NCBI RefSeq assembly: GCF_963921235.1
Contig: NC_086097.1
Span: 181,290,001 to 181,354,000 of the forward strand
DNA: 64,000 bases
Reading direction: 5' to 3'
Source: Mobula hypostoma
Taxonomy: Eukaryota
The notes under the pieces: model-generated
Told to the model about the DNA's origin: nothing
The model's input: only the letters and a program-made list of their open reading frames with translations
Database searches by the model: none
Translations under genes and position numbers: made by a program
Shown: positions 51,390 to 64,000 of the stretch, in pieces
Numbering within the stretch: position 1 is the first letter of the stretch
How the letters are laid out: each line of letters opens with the position of its first letter

Positions 51390-52390
51390 TTCAAATTAGT
51401 TTATTGTTGTGTATACCAGGATGCAATGAAATTCCTGAACAAATGAGGTTCACAGGGTAAATAATACACATGGTAACAATAAATACAGCAACAGCTTGCG
51501 TAACAACAACAGAATTGTGCAAAGGCAGGAGGGCACTCTGAATTCACGCTCACATAAATGTGTCAGATTGGAAGGAGAGTTAGCAGTATGAGAATGTGGT
51601 AGCACACCAGGAAGGGAATGTGAGAGAACTGATTGGTTCAGCAGTCTGATAGCAGTGGGGAAGAAGCTATTCTTGAGTCTGGTCGTCCAGGTTTTCAGAC
51701 TCCTGTACTTTCTTCCAGAAGGCAGATGAGAGAAAAGGGATTGGACAGGTTGGAAGGCATCCACTAACATGTCTGAAGCAATGCACTGTGTAGATGGCCC
51801 GTACTAAATGGAATGAAGTGAAGTGCCTTCGATGGACTGGTCAGTAATTACCACACTCCCATCAGTTCAGAGAAGAGCAATTGCCATACTGTGCAACCGT
51901 CAAGATACTTTCTATAATGCACCTGCAGAAGTTTGAGAGAGTCATTGTGGGCATGCCAAATCTTCTCAGACGCCTAAGAAGTTACACATGCTGATGTGCT
52001 TTTTTGATCACTGTGTTGGTGTGAAGGGGTCAACCCAAAGATGTTATGTTAGAAAGCTGGTGATATGGATGCCAAGGAGATTGAACTGTTGATAACTTCT
52101 CCAGCAACTCTGTTGATGAGGATGGGGTTCCTTGGGTCAACAACCAGCTCTTGTTTTACTGGCATGAGAGTCTAGGTTGTTCTTCTAACCCCATGACACA
52201 AGGTTCATTATTTCTTTCCTTTACTTTGTCTCATCACTGATTTGGCTTTTAACAGTTCTGTCAATGGGGAAACTTAAAGATCAAATTGGTGCTGTATCTG
52301 GGCATGTGCATATAGGGAGTAAAGCAGGGGACTGGGCACACAACCCTGGGGAGCACCAGTGTGTAGGATCAGAATGAATGAAATGCTATG
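51390..52390 (-). mobile_element. Rex1/Babar- or L2-type LINE 3' part, decayed
   Basis: LFSHLPSGRKYRSLKTWTTRLKNSFFPTAIRLLN (ORF 51450-51770); ggtgctccccagggttgtgtg on the minus strand. Confidence 0.75.
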
Positions 52391-53174
52391 ACCAATTCTA
52401 ACGTAACTATCAATATGCTATGAATAGCCTGGAACATGCCTCGGAATGACTCGGTAGCTAAGTGGTATAGTAGGCTGATGTTGTTGGTTCAAATCCCACC
52501 AGGAAATTTTCCAAAGAGAATTTGAATGCAATTTAAAATGTGGTATTCTGTTCCTGCATCTTTTCCAAGAAGGTAGAAGAGGGAAAATAGACTGGCCAGA
52601 ATGGACAGCATCTGATTCCAAAATCAATGTTGATAGAGGTGCTACATTTTCCTGAGCAGTTGTACACTGCTGTCCTATGCTTTGTTCTGGATGACTGAGC
52701 TGCCCTCCGGTGGCTTAACATAATAATCAGTTGAACCAGGTTCTTGCCAGCAGCCCACTTTCAGGGATCTTATCCTGAAAATGAGTAAAGCTCTTAATTC
52801 CATCAAGATTGGCAGCTGCCCCTGTTGTTTCTGTGTTTTTAGAACATAAAACAGTACAGCCCAGGAACAGACCCTTCAGCCCACAATGCCAAATTAAACT
52901 AAATGTCTTCTGCCTGCACATAATCCATATCCCTCCATTCCCTGCATATTTATTTGTCTATCTAATTGCCTCTTAAGCACTTCTACCATTATCTGATTCC
53001 ACCACTACTCCTGGCAGCCTATTCTATGCACCCTATCATGTTATTTTAAAAAAAACTTGGCCTGTATGTCTCCCTTAAACTTTCCCTCCTACCTTAAGTG
53101 TATGTCCTCTTGTATTTGACTTTTCTAAGATGAGGGAAAAAAGATTCCCACTGTATACCCTATCTATGTCTTTC

Positions 53175-53495
53175 ATGGCAGGGTACATTGTAGTTACTGT
53201 AATGCTTAACAGCGCCAGCAATCAGAAGATTAGGATTCAATTCCCATCTCTCTCTGGAAGGAGTTTGTACCTTCTCATTTCTATGTTGCTTTTCTCCAGG
53301 CGCTCCAGTTTCCTCCCACATTCCAAAGACATATGGGTTAGGTTTAGTAAGTTGTGGGGAATGCTCTGTTGGCGCTGGAAGCATGGTGACCCTTGTGGGC
53401 TGTCCCCAGTACATCCTCAGACTGTCAGTCATTGATGCAAATAACTCATTTAACTGTATGTTTTGAAATGCATGTGATAAATAAAGCTAACATTT
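53175..53495 (+). mobile_element. V-SINE-like element inserted in a CR1 3' fragment (~52840-53580, minus)
   Basis: ggattcaattccc B-box-like motif; ggcgctccagtttcctcccacattccaaagac central domain; catgtgataaataaagctaa tail. Confidence 0.7.
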
Positions 53496-54217
53496 ATAGT
53501 TTTATAAACTTCCACCATATCTCCCTTCAGCCTCTGCTCCAGAGAAAACAACCCAAATTTGTCCATGCCCTCTAATCAGGGACTTTTCCTGAGGAGTTTT
53601 ATTCTCGGTGTAAGGAAGGACATTCATTTCTGTTCCCCCTTCTATTGCTTCTTTCAGGATATCCTGAAATATTTTATTGCTAATGAGGCTCTGCACAAGT
53701 ATAGCCATGGGAATTGTAACAGCCAATTGATCATATTAAGCTTCCTCCATTAGAATGTAATAATGACCAGACAATTTGTTTTGGTCATGTTGATTCAAAA
53801 AGAAATATTGGCAAAGATTCCATGGGCAACTGCTACCTTTGAAAATAGTCCCGAGATATTATTTAGATTCAACCTCGGGGGTGGGGGGGGGTGTAAAAGA
53901 AGCCTCTCATTTGCGTTTCATTCAGATAAAGTAATTCTAAATGAGCATTAGTCTTCTCAAAAGAATAGAATGCTGGTAAAATCCTATTTGAAGATGGTAG
54001 GAGTAATGGTTTATTGAAAATTGATGCTGATGAGATATTAGAAAGGCTGGCTGGTCAGGTGGTGGAATACATCCTGGCTGGCTCAAAGAAGGGTTAGACA
54101 GAGATGCCTCAGTCTTCCAATGGTCCCTAGATACAAGGAGTTCTGTTCATTTTTATGGACATGCATAACCATGGTATAACTGCCATGGAATTTAGCTTTT
54201 TGCAGCAGCATACTACA

Positions 54218-54570
54218 TTCTTCTTTGGTTGTCCATCGAAATCCGATGACGACGTCCACTCCTTTAATGGTAAGATCTTTAATGACTATACAGTCCTATC
54301 CTGGACCCACAAGCTCTATTGCAGGTGGGACATTTATATGTGGTAGTGGTGGCAACCATGGCTGCATTTCTCCTGGCTCTCTTCTGCTGTCTTCTGGTTG
54401 TTCTTTCCATCTACAGAATACGAAACCCGTCCCTACACAGCTGTTGCCAAGTGGTACGGTCAGCAGCAACATCTTCCAGGTCCTCGGATCTGATCTTGCA
54501 CTTAAAGCATTCTTCACCTGATCCTTATAGCGCTTCTTTGGCCCTCCAGCTGAGTGTCGCATTACACATA
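54218..54570 (-). mobile_element. RTE-clade LINE 3' fragment
   Basis: RHSAGGPKKRYKDQVKNAL motif (ORF 54296-54562); minus-strand end cgatggacaaccaaagaagaa. Confidence 0.7.
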
Positions 54571-55379
54571 TGACGAATTACAAACTAAAATGAACATAAA
54601 TTATATGTAATTTACTTGTCAAAACAAACAAATGTAAACATGACATTAGTGCAAGTTGAGGGAAATGTAGGCCAAGTTCAAATTAGGGTTTTTCACATTG
54701 GCAGTGCACAAGAAGTTGTTGTTGAACCTTGAAGAGTGGGTCTTCAGGCTCCTGTAACTCCTGCCTGTTAGCAGCATGGAGCTGTGATCGTGGGCATGAT
54801 GGTGGGGCTTCCTGATGATGGATGTTACCTTCCTTCTTGTAGACTTTGCTTCTTGTAGATGTCCTTGACGGTGGAGAGAACTGGACTCATAATGGAACTG
54901 GCTGAATCCACCACTCTATGTAGCCTCTTGCATTCCTGTGCATTGCAGATTCTAAATCCGATTCTATTCCATATCATACTTCTAAGAAAGCAGAAACGCT
55001 GGCACATCTTCATAGTTTCATCTACTTGCTGGGCTCAAGAGGTTGGTATCCAGCTGTTTGTAGTTTCCTTCAGTGAGTACTGGTTGGTGCCTGTTCACTT
55101 GACTTCTCCTTACTAAAGCCCACAATCATTTCCTTGTTTTTGCCAATGTTAAAGTGCAAGGTTGTTTTTATGACACCACTCAAGGAACTGACCTATCTCA
55201 CTCCTGTATGCCACCTCTTCACCATCAGTGATACTGTCAACAACATTGACAAAACTGCAGATGGCATCGAAGCTATGCTTAGTTACACTGAGCCGAGGGG
55301 CTCAGCACACAGCCCCGAGGTACTATATATATATATTCAGTAAGAAGGTGCCAGAAGTTAGTGAATCATCCTTATTCAT

Positions 55380-56945
55380 TCATGCTGGGCAAACTATAGA
55401 ACCAATCAGTTGAAGCCCTATTGTGGCAAAGCCTACAGAAACAATTAGGAAAGAAACCAATAGTCACTTGGAGAAAGTGATAAAGATGAAGCAGCGTACA
55501 TTTCTTAAAGATAAATCTTTCTTGGCTAACAGGATTAATTTTTTCTGAGTGGCAGAGATTAGAGAAGGGAATGCAATTCTTGTTGATCATACAGCTCTTC
55601 ATGACCTCCTGCACAAAATGTTGGTTGAAAGCCAAGAACAGCATAAAGAGTATATTGGGTTCAAGGCTGAACATGGAGAATAGTGGTGGATGGCTGATTT
55701 TCAGAGACAATCTTCCTCAGCTGTCAGTCCTGAAGACACTGATTTTGTTTGAGATACTATCTAGAAAGTTAAGTCCCATAGAATTCAGGAAGAGATAGTT
55801 TGCTGGATTCAAAATTGGCCGAGAGGTAGGAAGCAGAGGGTGGTGGTTGGAGGTTGTTTTTCAGAATGAAGGTTAGTGATTTGTGTGCTGCAGGGGCGGT
55901 GTTGGGACCTTTGTTATTTGTTATTTATATAAATAATTTGGATGTGAATGGCACAGCTTGATTAGTAAATTTGTTGATGACACAAAATTAAGTGTTGTTA
56001 ACGGTAAAGAAAGTTGTAGATTACAGGGATGTTGATCAGTTAAGGTAGTGGACTGAGGAGTGTCAAATGGGTTTCAATACAGATAAGTGTGAGGTGGTGC
56101 CTTTTGAAAAGTCAAAACAGCATAGAATGGCAGGGCTTTAGGGAGTGTAGTGGAACAGAGAGACCGAGGGTTGCAAGTGCATAGTTCGTTGAAAGTGACA
56201 TCACAGATAGACGAAGTGGTGAAAAAGAGTTTTAGTACACTGGCCTTCATCCAGCAGGACACTGAGTATAGGAGTTGGGGCATTATGTTTGAGGGTGGCA
56301 CGGTGGCTTAGCCAATAGCATAACACTATTGCAGTACCAATGACCTAGGTTCAATTTCCAGTGCTGTCTGTACCCTGCTGTATCTAAATGAATAAATGTT
56401 GCAGTTGTGCAAGTAGTTGGTGAGGCTGCACTTGGAGTACTGTGTATAGTTTCGTCACTTGTTATAGGACAGATGTGGCTAAACTGAAGAGAGTGCAGAA
56501 ATGACTTGGAGGATATTTCCAGGACTAGAAGACCTGAGTTAGGGGTGTTGTCTAGGCTAGATCTTTATTCCTTTGAACTTAGAATGAGGAGCAACCCTAT
56601 AGATGTGTATAAAATTATGAAGGACATAGATAAGGTAGTTAGTAACAGTCTTCTTCGAGTTAGGGTGGTCCAAAACTAGGAGACTTAAGTTTAGGCTGAG
56701 GTGAAAAATTTAAAAGCATCTTGATGGGCAACTTTTTCTCGCAGAGGGTGGTGAGTATATTGTATGTAATGAGTTGCCAGAGGGAAGTGGTTGAAGCAGG
56801 TACATTAGTGTCGTTTAAGAAGCATCTTAATAAATACATGGATGGGTGAGACGTAGAGGAATATGGGCTGAAGTCAGGAAAGGGGACTAACTGGGTGGGC
56901 ACTGGGGTTAGCATGGACTGGTTGGACTGAAGGGCCTGTATCTGG
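55380..56945 (+). mobile_element. Old CR1 RT/3' fragments with a short SINE remnant (~56291-56396)
   Basis: tggattcaaaattggc, aaatttgttgatgacacaaaa, cacttggagtactgtgt, ggactgaagggcctgt; SINE head ggcacggtggc..aggttcaattt flanked by atgtt. Confidence 0.7.
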
Positions 56946-57169
56946 TGCTGACATTAATGAAGTTATATACAGTACATGTATGTTGACAGTGTGGTTATCT
57001 CCAAGGAGAATGGTAACAGATTGCAATCAGGCATGGGCTGTTTGTGATAGATAATAGATAAAATTTGATCTGCGGTCGTGTAAAATTATGCAGTTTGGAC
57101 AAAGAACAAGAATGGTAAAATAGAGTAAGTGACAGGTGTGATTGTTTTGAAGTAACAGGGACACCAGAA

Positions 57170-57910
57170 TTAGTCAGGTTTATTATTACTGATGAGAAAA
57201 TCTGCAGATGCCAAAAATCTAAGCAAAATCCAGCATTTTGTGTGTGTTGTTATTACTGACATATGTTCTGAAATTTGTTGTTTAGCAGCAGCAGTACAAT
57301 GTAACACATTAAATAATTACTGAGTTACAATAAGAACATATAAAAAAAATAAATAATGCAAAAAGAGTGAGATAGTGAGTGTAGGTCTTAAGGCTCTTTT
57401 ACCTCCTCCCTGATGATAGTAATTAGACGTGGGCATGTACTGAATGGTGAGGATGCTTAATAAAGGCTACTGCATTCTTGAGACACTAGTTCTTGAAGAT
57501 GTCTTTGGTGAGGAGGGTTGTGCCAATGATGGAGCTAGCTGTGTCTGAAACCCTCTGAAGCCTCTTTTGATGCTGTGCATTGTAGCCTCTGTTCCAGCCA
57601 TGATGTAACAAGTCAGAATACTCCCCTCCATACACCTGTAGAAATTTGCAAGAAATCTTTCGTGACATATCAAATCTCCTTCAGCTCATAATGAAGTAGA
57701 GTCGCTGGTGTACCTTCACGATTGCATCAATGTGTTGGGTGGAAGATACATCCTTCAAAATGTTGATGCCCAGGAATTTGAATCTGCTCAGCCTTTCTGC
57801 CGCTGACCCCTCCATGAGGGCTGGTGTTGTTCTCCTGACTTCCCCTTCCTGAGGTCTGCAATTAATTTTTTGGTCTTGTTGACATTGAGTGCAAAGTTGT
57901 TGTGACACCA
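57170..57910 (-). mobile_element. Rex1/Babar-type LINE 3' part
   Basis: FKFLGINILKD..QRLYF (ORF 57681-57989) and LANFYRCMEGSILT (ORF 57467-57673). Confidence 0.75.
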
Positions 57911-58316
57911 AAAACATAAATCTATAAAATAAACTACATAAATCTATGAAAGAATCATGGCATGTTGAAAAAGGGTGAAAAAGTTGCACCTTAAATTCCT
58001 ATTAAATCATTTCCCCTCTCACCTTAAAGCTATGTCCTCTAGTTCTTGATTCTCCAGCCCTGAGAAATAGAATGTGCATTCACTTCATGAACAGCATACT
58101 CCTCATGATCTTGTAGATATCTCCCAGTCTCCTATGCTTCAAGAAATAAAGTACAAACCTGCCTAACTTCTCCCTGCAACAGAGTCCCTTGAATCCCGGA
58201 ACATCTTCATAAATCTTTTCTTATGGGACGGTGACCAAAACTGAGCAGAATCAGGTTTATGATCCCTGACATATGTCATGAAACAGGAGATTCTGAAGAT
58301 TCTGGAAGTCTTAAAC

Positions 58317-59109
58317 CAGGGGTCCCCAACCTTTTTTTGCACCGCGGACTGGTTTACTATTGACGATATTCTTGCGGATCGGCCGACCAGTCGGGGGGTG
58401 GGGTGGTGTGAGGGGTGTTCAAGTAGGGTTAAACTCACCTCAATGTGTCTTTTACAGTTAGGGTTGCCAACTTTCTCACTCCCAAATAAGGGACAAAAGT
58501 AGCAGTCAAATCTCGGGACACTTTACCCCAGGAAAGACTACCATGACCGTGAAGCCTTGCACGGGCACCTGTGTGTGCATGCGTGACGTACGGATGCGAT
58601 GTGCGCACGTGCCAATTTTTCCCCCACAAATCAGTTTTGCCTTCATCTTCCCGACTATACTGTACATTATTTCTACCTTATATAGGCTGTGTATTTATCA
58701 TATTATTCCTGCTTTTACTGTATGTTAGTGTTATTTTAGGTTTTATGTGTTATTTGATATGATCTGGTAGGTTATTTTTTGGGTCTGGGAACGCTCAAAA
58801 ATTTTTCCTATGTATATGTAATTGCTTCTTCACTTCACGCCATTTCGGCAGGAAAGATTTCATAGGAACACTCTACCTTAGCGGGGGAAATACGGGACAA
58901 GGGCGGTCCCATATGGGACAAACCAATTTAGCCCAATATACGGGATGTCCCAGCAAATACGGAACAGTTGACAACCCTATGTTCAAGTTCAACAGTGCAT
59001 GACAGGGAATGAGGAAAGGTGCAGCTGACTCATATCGTTTCCTCACGGCCCGGTAGCACATGCTTTGCGGCCCGGTACCGGTCCACGGCCTGATGGTCGG
59101 GGACCGCTG
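58317..59109 (+). mobile_element. hAT (Charlie-like) MITE containing a nested hAT and a Tigger end
   Basis: TIRs caggggtccccaacc / ggtcggggaccgctg; perfect 8-bp TSD TCTTAAAC (58309-58316, 59110-59117). Confidence 0.9.
58424..58979. mobile_element. Nested hAT MITE with TAGGGTT termini
   Basis: tagggtt (58424) and tagggttgcca (58459) ... tgacaacccta (58979); 8-bp TSD TGTTCAAG (58416-58423, 58980-58987). Confidence 0.82.
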
Positions 59110-59339
59110 TCTTAAACAATGTGCGCAAATTGCTAAAGGAATTCAGCATGTCAGGCAGTATCTATGGAGGGGAACAAACAGTTGGCGCTTTGGGCCGAGA
59201 TCTTACATAAGGATTGTTGTGAAATTTATTGTTTTGCAGCAATAGTGCAGTGCAAGACATAAAAATTACTAAAAGTTACAAAATAAATAGTGCAAAAAAT
59301 TAATAACAAGAGTTAATAACAGGATAATAACAAATAACA

Positions 59340-59640
59340 TTGGGGAGATTCAAACAAGAGGACATGAGTTGAGAGTCAAAGGGCAAAAGTGTAGGGGTAA
59401 CACAAGGGGGATCTTCTTTACTCAGAGAGGGGTAGCTGTGTGGAACGAGCTTCCAGCAGAAGTGGTTGAGGCAGGTTCGATGTTGTCATCTAAAGTTAAA
59501 CTGGACAGCTATATGGATAGGAAAGGAATGGAGGGTTATTGGCTGAGTGCAGGTCGGTGGGACTAGGTGAGAGTAAGAGTTCGGCAAGGACTAGAAGGGC
59601 CAAGATGGCATGTTTCCGTGCTGTAATTGTTATATAGTTC
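59340..59640 (+). mobile_element. CR1 3' end
   Basis: FFTQRGVAVWNELPAEVVEAG..KLDSYMD (ORF 59369-59566). Confidence 0.85.
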
Positions 59641-60925
59641 TTGGTCTGTTAGAAATCAGATGGTGGAAGGGAAGAAGTTTTTAAAAATTTGAGTGAGTGC
59701 CTTCAGGCTCCTGTGTCTCCTCTTCCATGGTAGTAGCAAGAAGAGAGCATGCCCCAGATGGTGAGATGTGCTTAGTGATGGATGCTACCTTCTTGAGGCA
59801 CTCTGTTTTGAAGTGCAGCTTCACCGGCATCTTGTACAACTGCAGCATGACATTCCATCTTCTGTATGTATTTTGGAAACATACTTAGTTGCTATGGATT
59901 GGAGGCACAAAGATTTATGGAGGTAGAAGGTGGGAGAAGAAAGGACATCCTGTGGTCTAGGAATCAATCCAGTGAATCTCAGCTGTATTTTATCTAAGGT
60001 AAGAAGGGCCATTACCTACTACATCTATTTTCTTTCCTTCACTTTTTGTCCCTGCCTTCCATTGCTGGTTCCTATCCCAACCCCAAATGCTATTTCACCC
60101 TCTTGTCTTATCTGTTCAGTGGACAGGAAGATGCTTCAAACAGCTTTATCCTCTATCATTATGCAATTATAGTTCTGTTTTTTATTTCCTCTTTCTTATT
60201 CAGTGTGCTTGCCCATATCTATATATCTATTCCCCCCCACCCATGAACGAATTTATTCAGGAATACCAGTGATTATGTTTTCAGAACTATTATCAAAACA
60301 GTATGCTTCTGTCTGGTATCAGTTTGAGTTTAATCTATCCGATTGGTGAAAATAATTGAGGATTCATCAGTGTCTTCTAGAATGGAAGCTTGTTGTCCTG
60401 GCCCGGCCTGAGTACTTTCCCACACCTACATATTTAGTTCTTAACAACCATCTTTAATGGCTCCTGTTGACCCTCTTCCAACTTGCACACCACCCTGCCT
60501 TAACCATTTGCTGGGTCTGAATTCTGGAAATGACCCCTCCCCCATTACCCATCAACATTGTGGGACCATTTTCACCAGAAAAACAGTGAAAACTTGTTCC
60601 CATCTTCTCAGGGCATAGGGATGAGCAGTAAATGCTAGCCATGCCAGACCAACCCACATGCAAAATAAGCAAACAAAAAGAGGAGAAAACATTTATGTAG
60701 GTGAGCTTTGGGACCTGGAGCTGATGGTAATTGTGTTGGAGTTGTGAACAGGGTCTTGCTGGCTCTATAGAATAGGCAGCATTCACAGTAAGTAAAATTG
60801 TTCACATCATGGTGATTTTTTCTTTTGTTAGCAAGATGACAGACTCTGCATTTTTTCCATATTGTATTCTATCTGCCATGATCTGGCCTTATTACTCAGG
60901 TTGTCCATGTCCCCTTGAGCCTCTA

Positions 60926-62483
60926 CATAGAAGCATAGAAAATAGGTGCAGGAGTAGGCCATTTGGCCCTTCGAGCCTGCACCGCCATTCAGTATGATCA
61001 CGGCTGATCATCCAACTCAGAACCCTGTACCTGCCTTCCCTTCATACCCCCGATCCCTTTAGCCACAAGGGCCATATCTAACTCCCTCTTAAATATAGCC
61101 AATGAACTGGCCTCAACTGTTTCCTGTGGCAGAGAATTCCACAGATTCACCACTCTCTGGGTGAAGAAATTTTTCCTCATCTCCGTGCTAAAAGGCTTCC
61201 CCTTTATCCTCAAACTGTGACCCCTCATTCTGGACTTCCCCAACATAAGGAACAATCTTCCTGCATCTAGCCTGTCCAATCCCTTTAGAATTTTAGACGT
61301 TTCAATCAGATCCCCCCTCAATCTTCTAAATTCCAGAGAGTATAAGCCTAGTCGATCCAGTCTTTCATCATATGAAAGTCCTGCCATCCCAGGAATCAAT
61401 CTGGTGAACCTTCTTTGTACTCCCTCTATGGCAAGAATGTCTTTCCTCAGATTAGGGGACCAAAACTGCACATAATACTCCAGGTGTGGTCTCACCAAGG
61501 CCTTGTACAACTGCAGTAGTACCTCCCTGTTCCTGTACTCGAATCCTCTTGCTATGAATGCCAGCATACCATTTGCCTTTTTCACCGCCTGCAGTACCTG
61601 CATGCCCACTTTCAATGACTGGTGTACAATGACACCCAGGTCTCGTTGCACCTCCCCTTTTCCTAATCGGCCACCATTCAGATCTGTTTTCCTGTTCTTG
61701 CCACCAAAGTGGATAACCTCACATTTATCCACATTAAATTGCATGTGCCAAGAACTTGCCCACTCACCTAACCTATCCAAGTCACCCTGCATCCTCTTAG
61801 CATCCTCCTCGCAGCTAACACTGCCGCCCAGCTTCGTGTCATCTGCAAACTTGGAGATGCTGCATTTAATTCCCTCATCTAAGTCATTAATATATATTGT
61901 AAACAACTGGGGTCCCAGTACTGAGCCTTGCGGTACCCCACTAGTCACTGCCTGCCATTCTGAAAAGGTCCCGTTTATTCCCACTCTTTGCTTTCTGTCT
62001 GCCAACCAATTCTCTATCCACATCAATACCATACCCCCAATACTGTGTGCTTTAAGTTTGCACACCAATCTCCTGTGTGGGACCTTGTCAAAAACCTTTT
62101 GAAAATCCAAATATACCACATCCACTGGTTCTCCCCTATCCACTCTACTAGTTACATCCTCAAAAAATCTGAGAGGTTCGTCAGACATGATTTTCCTTTC
62201 ACAAATCCATGCTGACTTTGTCCGATGATTTCACCGCTTTCCAAATGTGCTGTTATCACATCTTTGAGAACTGACTCTAGCATTTTCCCCACCACTGATG
62301 TCAGGCTTACCGGTCTATAATTCCCCGGTTTCTCTCTCCCTCCTTTTTTATAAAGCGGGGTTACATTAGCCACCCTTCAATCCTCGAACTAATCCAGAAT
62401 CTAAAGAGTTTTGAAAAATTATCACTAATGCATCCGCTATTTCTTGGGATACTTCCTTAAGCACTCTGGGATGCAGACCATCC
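60926..62483 (-). mobile_element. CR1 LINE, 5'-truncated, young; RT frame largely intact
   Basis: ORF 60998-62188 (396 aa): YLDFQKVFDKVPH, SGVPQGSVLGP, KFADDTK; same subfamily as 6727-8690. Confidence 0.95.
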
Positions 62484-62699
62484 TGAATATTGGCATTCAT
62501 GCTTTGCTTAGTATCATCAGGAAACTTGGAAATATGATATTTGGTCCTCTTAGCCAAATCATTGATATCGCTTGTGAATAGATGGGGCCCAAGCACTAAT
62601 TCCTGCAGTATCTTTAATCACACCTACTAATCTGACAAGTGTCTGTTTTTTCCCAATCTTTGTTTTCAGTCCAGTAATCAATTCTCATTCTATGTCAGC

Positions 62700-64000
62700 A
62701 CATTACACCCAGTTGCATGTGCTGTATCCCGGTTGATCAACCTCTTGAGTGGGATCTTGTCACAAGATAACATTCACTACTCCCCCTTATCCGCCCTACC
62801 AGTCACTTCCTCAACAAACTCCAGTGGATCAAAAATACATGTTGACTTTGGTTGTCACAGACTTTATAAAATTAGTCATGGAAGAGTGTGTCCCCACAAA
62901 ATCATTCAGGGTTTCCCCCCACCAGAAACCCTGGATGAACCATGAGATTTGCAATCTGCTGAGGGCCAGATCAGAGGCATTCAAGCCTGGCGACCAAGGA
63001 AGTTCCAAGAGGTCCAGCTACAATCTCTGGAAAGCCATCCCATGGGCAAAGTGGTGATTGTGAACTAAACTTGAATCAATGAAGGATGCTTGACAGCTGT
63101 GGCATGGCATGAATGTTATCACCTCTTACAAGGCGACATAAATTCCAGATGAGCTCAATAACTTTTATAATGGCTTTGTCCGTCAAAGTATGGAGGAACC
63201 ATCACAAGCTCCCACAGCTACCGATGACCGTATGCTTTCAGTCTCTGAGGCCAACATGAGAGCATCCTTCAGGAGGGTGAACCCACGGAAAGCATCTGGT
63301 GCAGACGGGGTGCCTGGCCGGGTAACAAAAACCTGTGCTGATCCTTTGGCTGGAGTGCTCACCGAGATCTTTAACCTCTCACTTCTGCAATGTGTGGTAC
63401 CACCTGCTTCAAACAGGTTTCAATTATACCAGTCCCCAAGAAGAATGTGGTAACATGCCTCAGTAACTATTGTCCAGTAGCACTGGCATCCACAGTGATG
63501 AAGTGTTTTGAGAGGCTGGTGATGAAATATATCAACTCCTGCCTGTGAAGTAACTTTGATCCTTCCCAATTTGCCCACTGGCACAACAGGTCCATGACAG
63601 ATGTCATTTTATTGTGCTTCACTCAACCCTGGAACAAATGGACTGGAAAGGTGCATACATCAGGATATTCTTTATCAACAACAACTGGGTATTCAGTGCT
63701 AACATCCTTTCAAGATTAATCAATAAGCTTCAAGACTTTGGCCTCAATACCTCCTTGTTTAATTAGATCTTTGATTTCCTCACTTGCAGAACTCCAGTCA
63801 GTTTGGAATGGCAAAAACTTCACTTCCACAATCTCCGTCTGCACAGGTTCACCACAAGGCTGTATGCTTGGCCTTTTGCTTTACTTGCTTTACACTTATG
63901 CCTGTGTGACTAACTACATCTCCAATGCTATATTTAAGTTTGCTGACAACACCACTGTCATAAGCCGAATCGAAAGTGTTGAGGAATCAGCATATTGGAG
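62700..64000 (+). mobile_element. Rex1/Babar-type LINE, decayed, runs off the window end
   Basis: QKPWMN, RVNPRKASGADGVPGR, tgtccagtagcactggcatcc (PVAL), ccacaaggctgtatg, aagtttgctgac. Confidence 0.85.

Noticed and set aside
61503..62102. 199-aa plus-strand ORF (also 7199-7870 and 38667-39059)
   Set aside because: Antisense shadows of CR1 ORF2

Overview
Eukaryotic (vertebrate) non-coding DNA dominated by transposable elements. I found no host protein-coding gene, rRNA, tRNA or CRISPR array, so it is probably a large intron or intergenic region. The mix of CR1, Rex1/Babar-type and RTE LINEs, V-SINE-like SINEs and Penelope-like elements suggests a cartilaginous fish (inference). The main signal is three insertions of a young Penelope-like retroelement (RT + GIY-YIG) at ~13.1-16.4, 39.5-42.0 and 49.4-50.4 kb. 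Each has an 11-13 bp target-site duplication (TSD) and a minimal type I hammerhead ribozyme motif in its 3' terminal repeat (four intact motifs, one mutated). Two of the insertions are palindromic with both 3' ends facing outward. Other structures: a near full-length CR1 (35.4-44.3 kb) carrying a nested CR1, a 16-unit 46-bp minisatellite derived from its own ORF2 and a Penelope palindrome; two solo LTRs with 4-bp TSDs; a Tigger-like element; a three-layer hAT/hAT/Tigger composite MITE; and a ~54-bp minisatellite with higher-order structure. Boundaries of old, decayed repeats are approximate, and family names come from motif recognition, not database searches.
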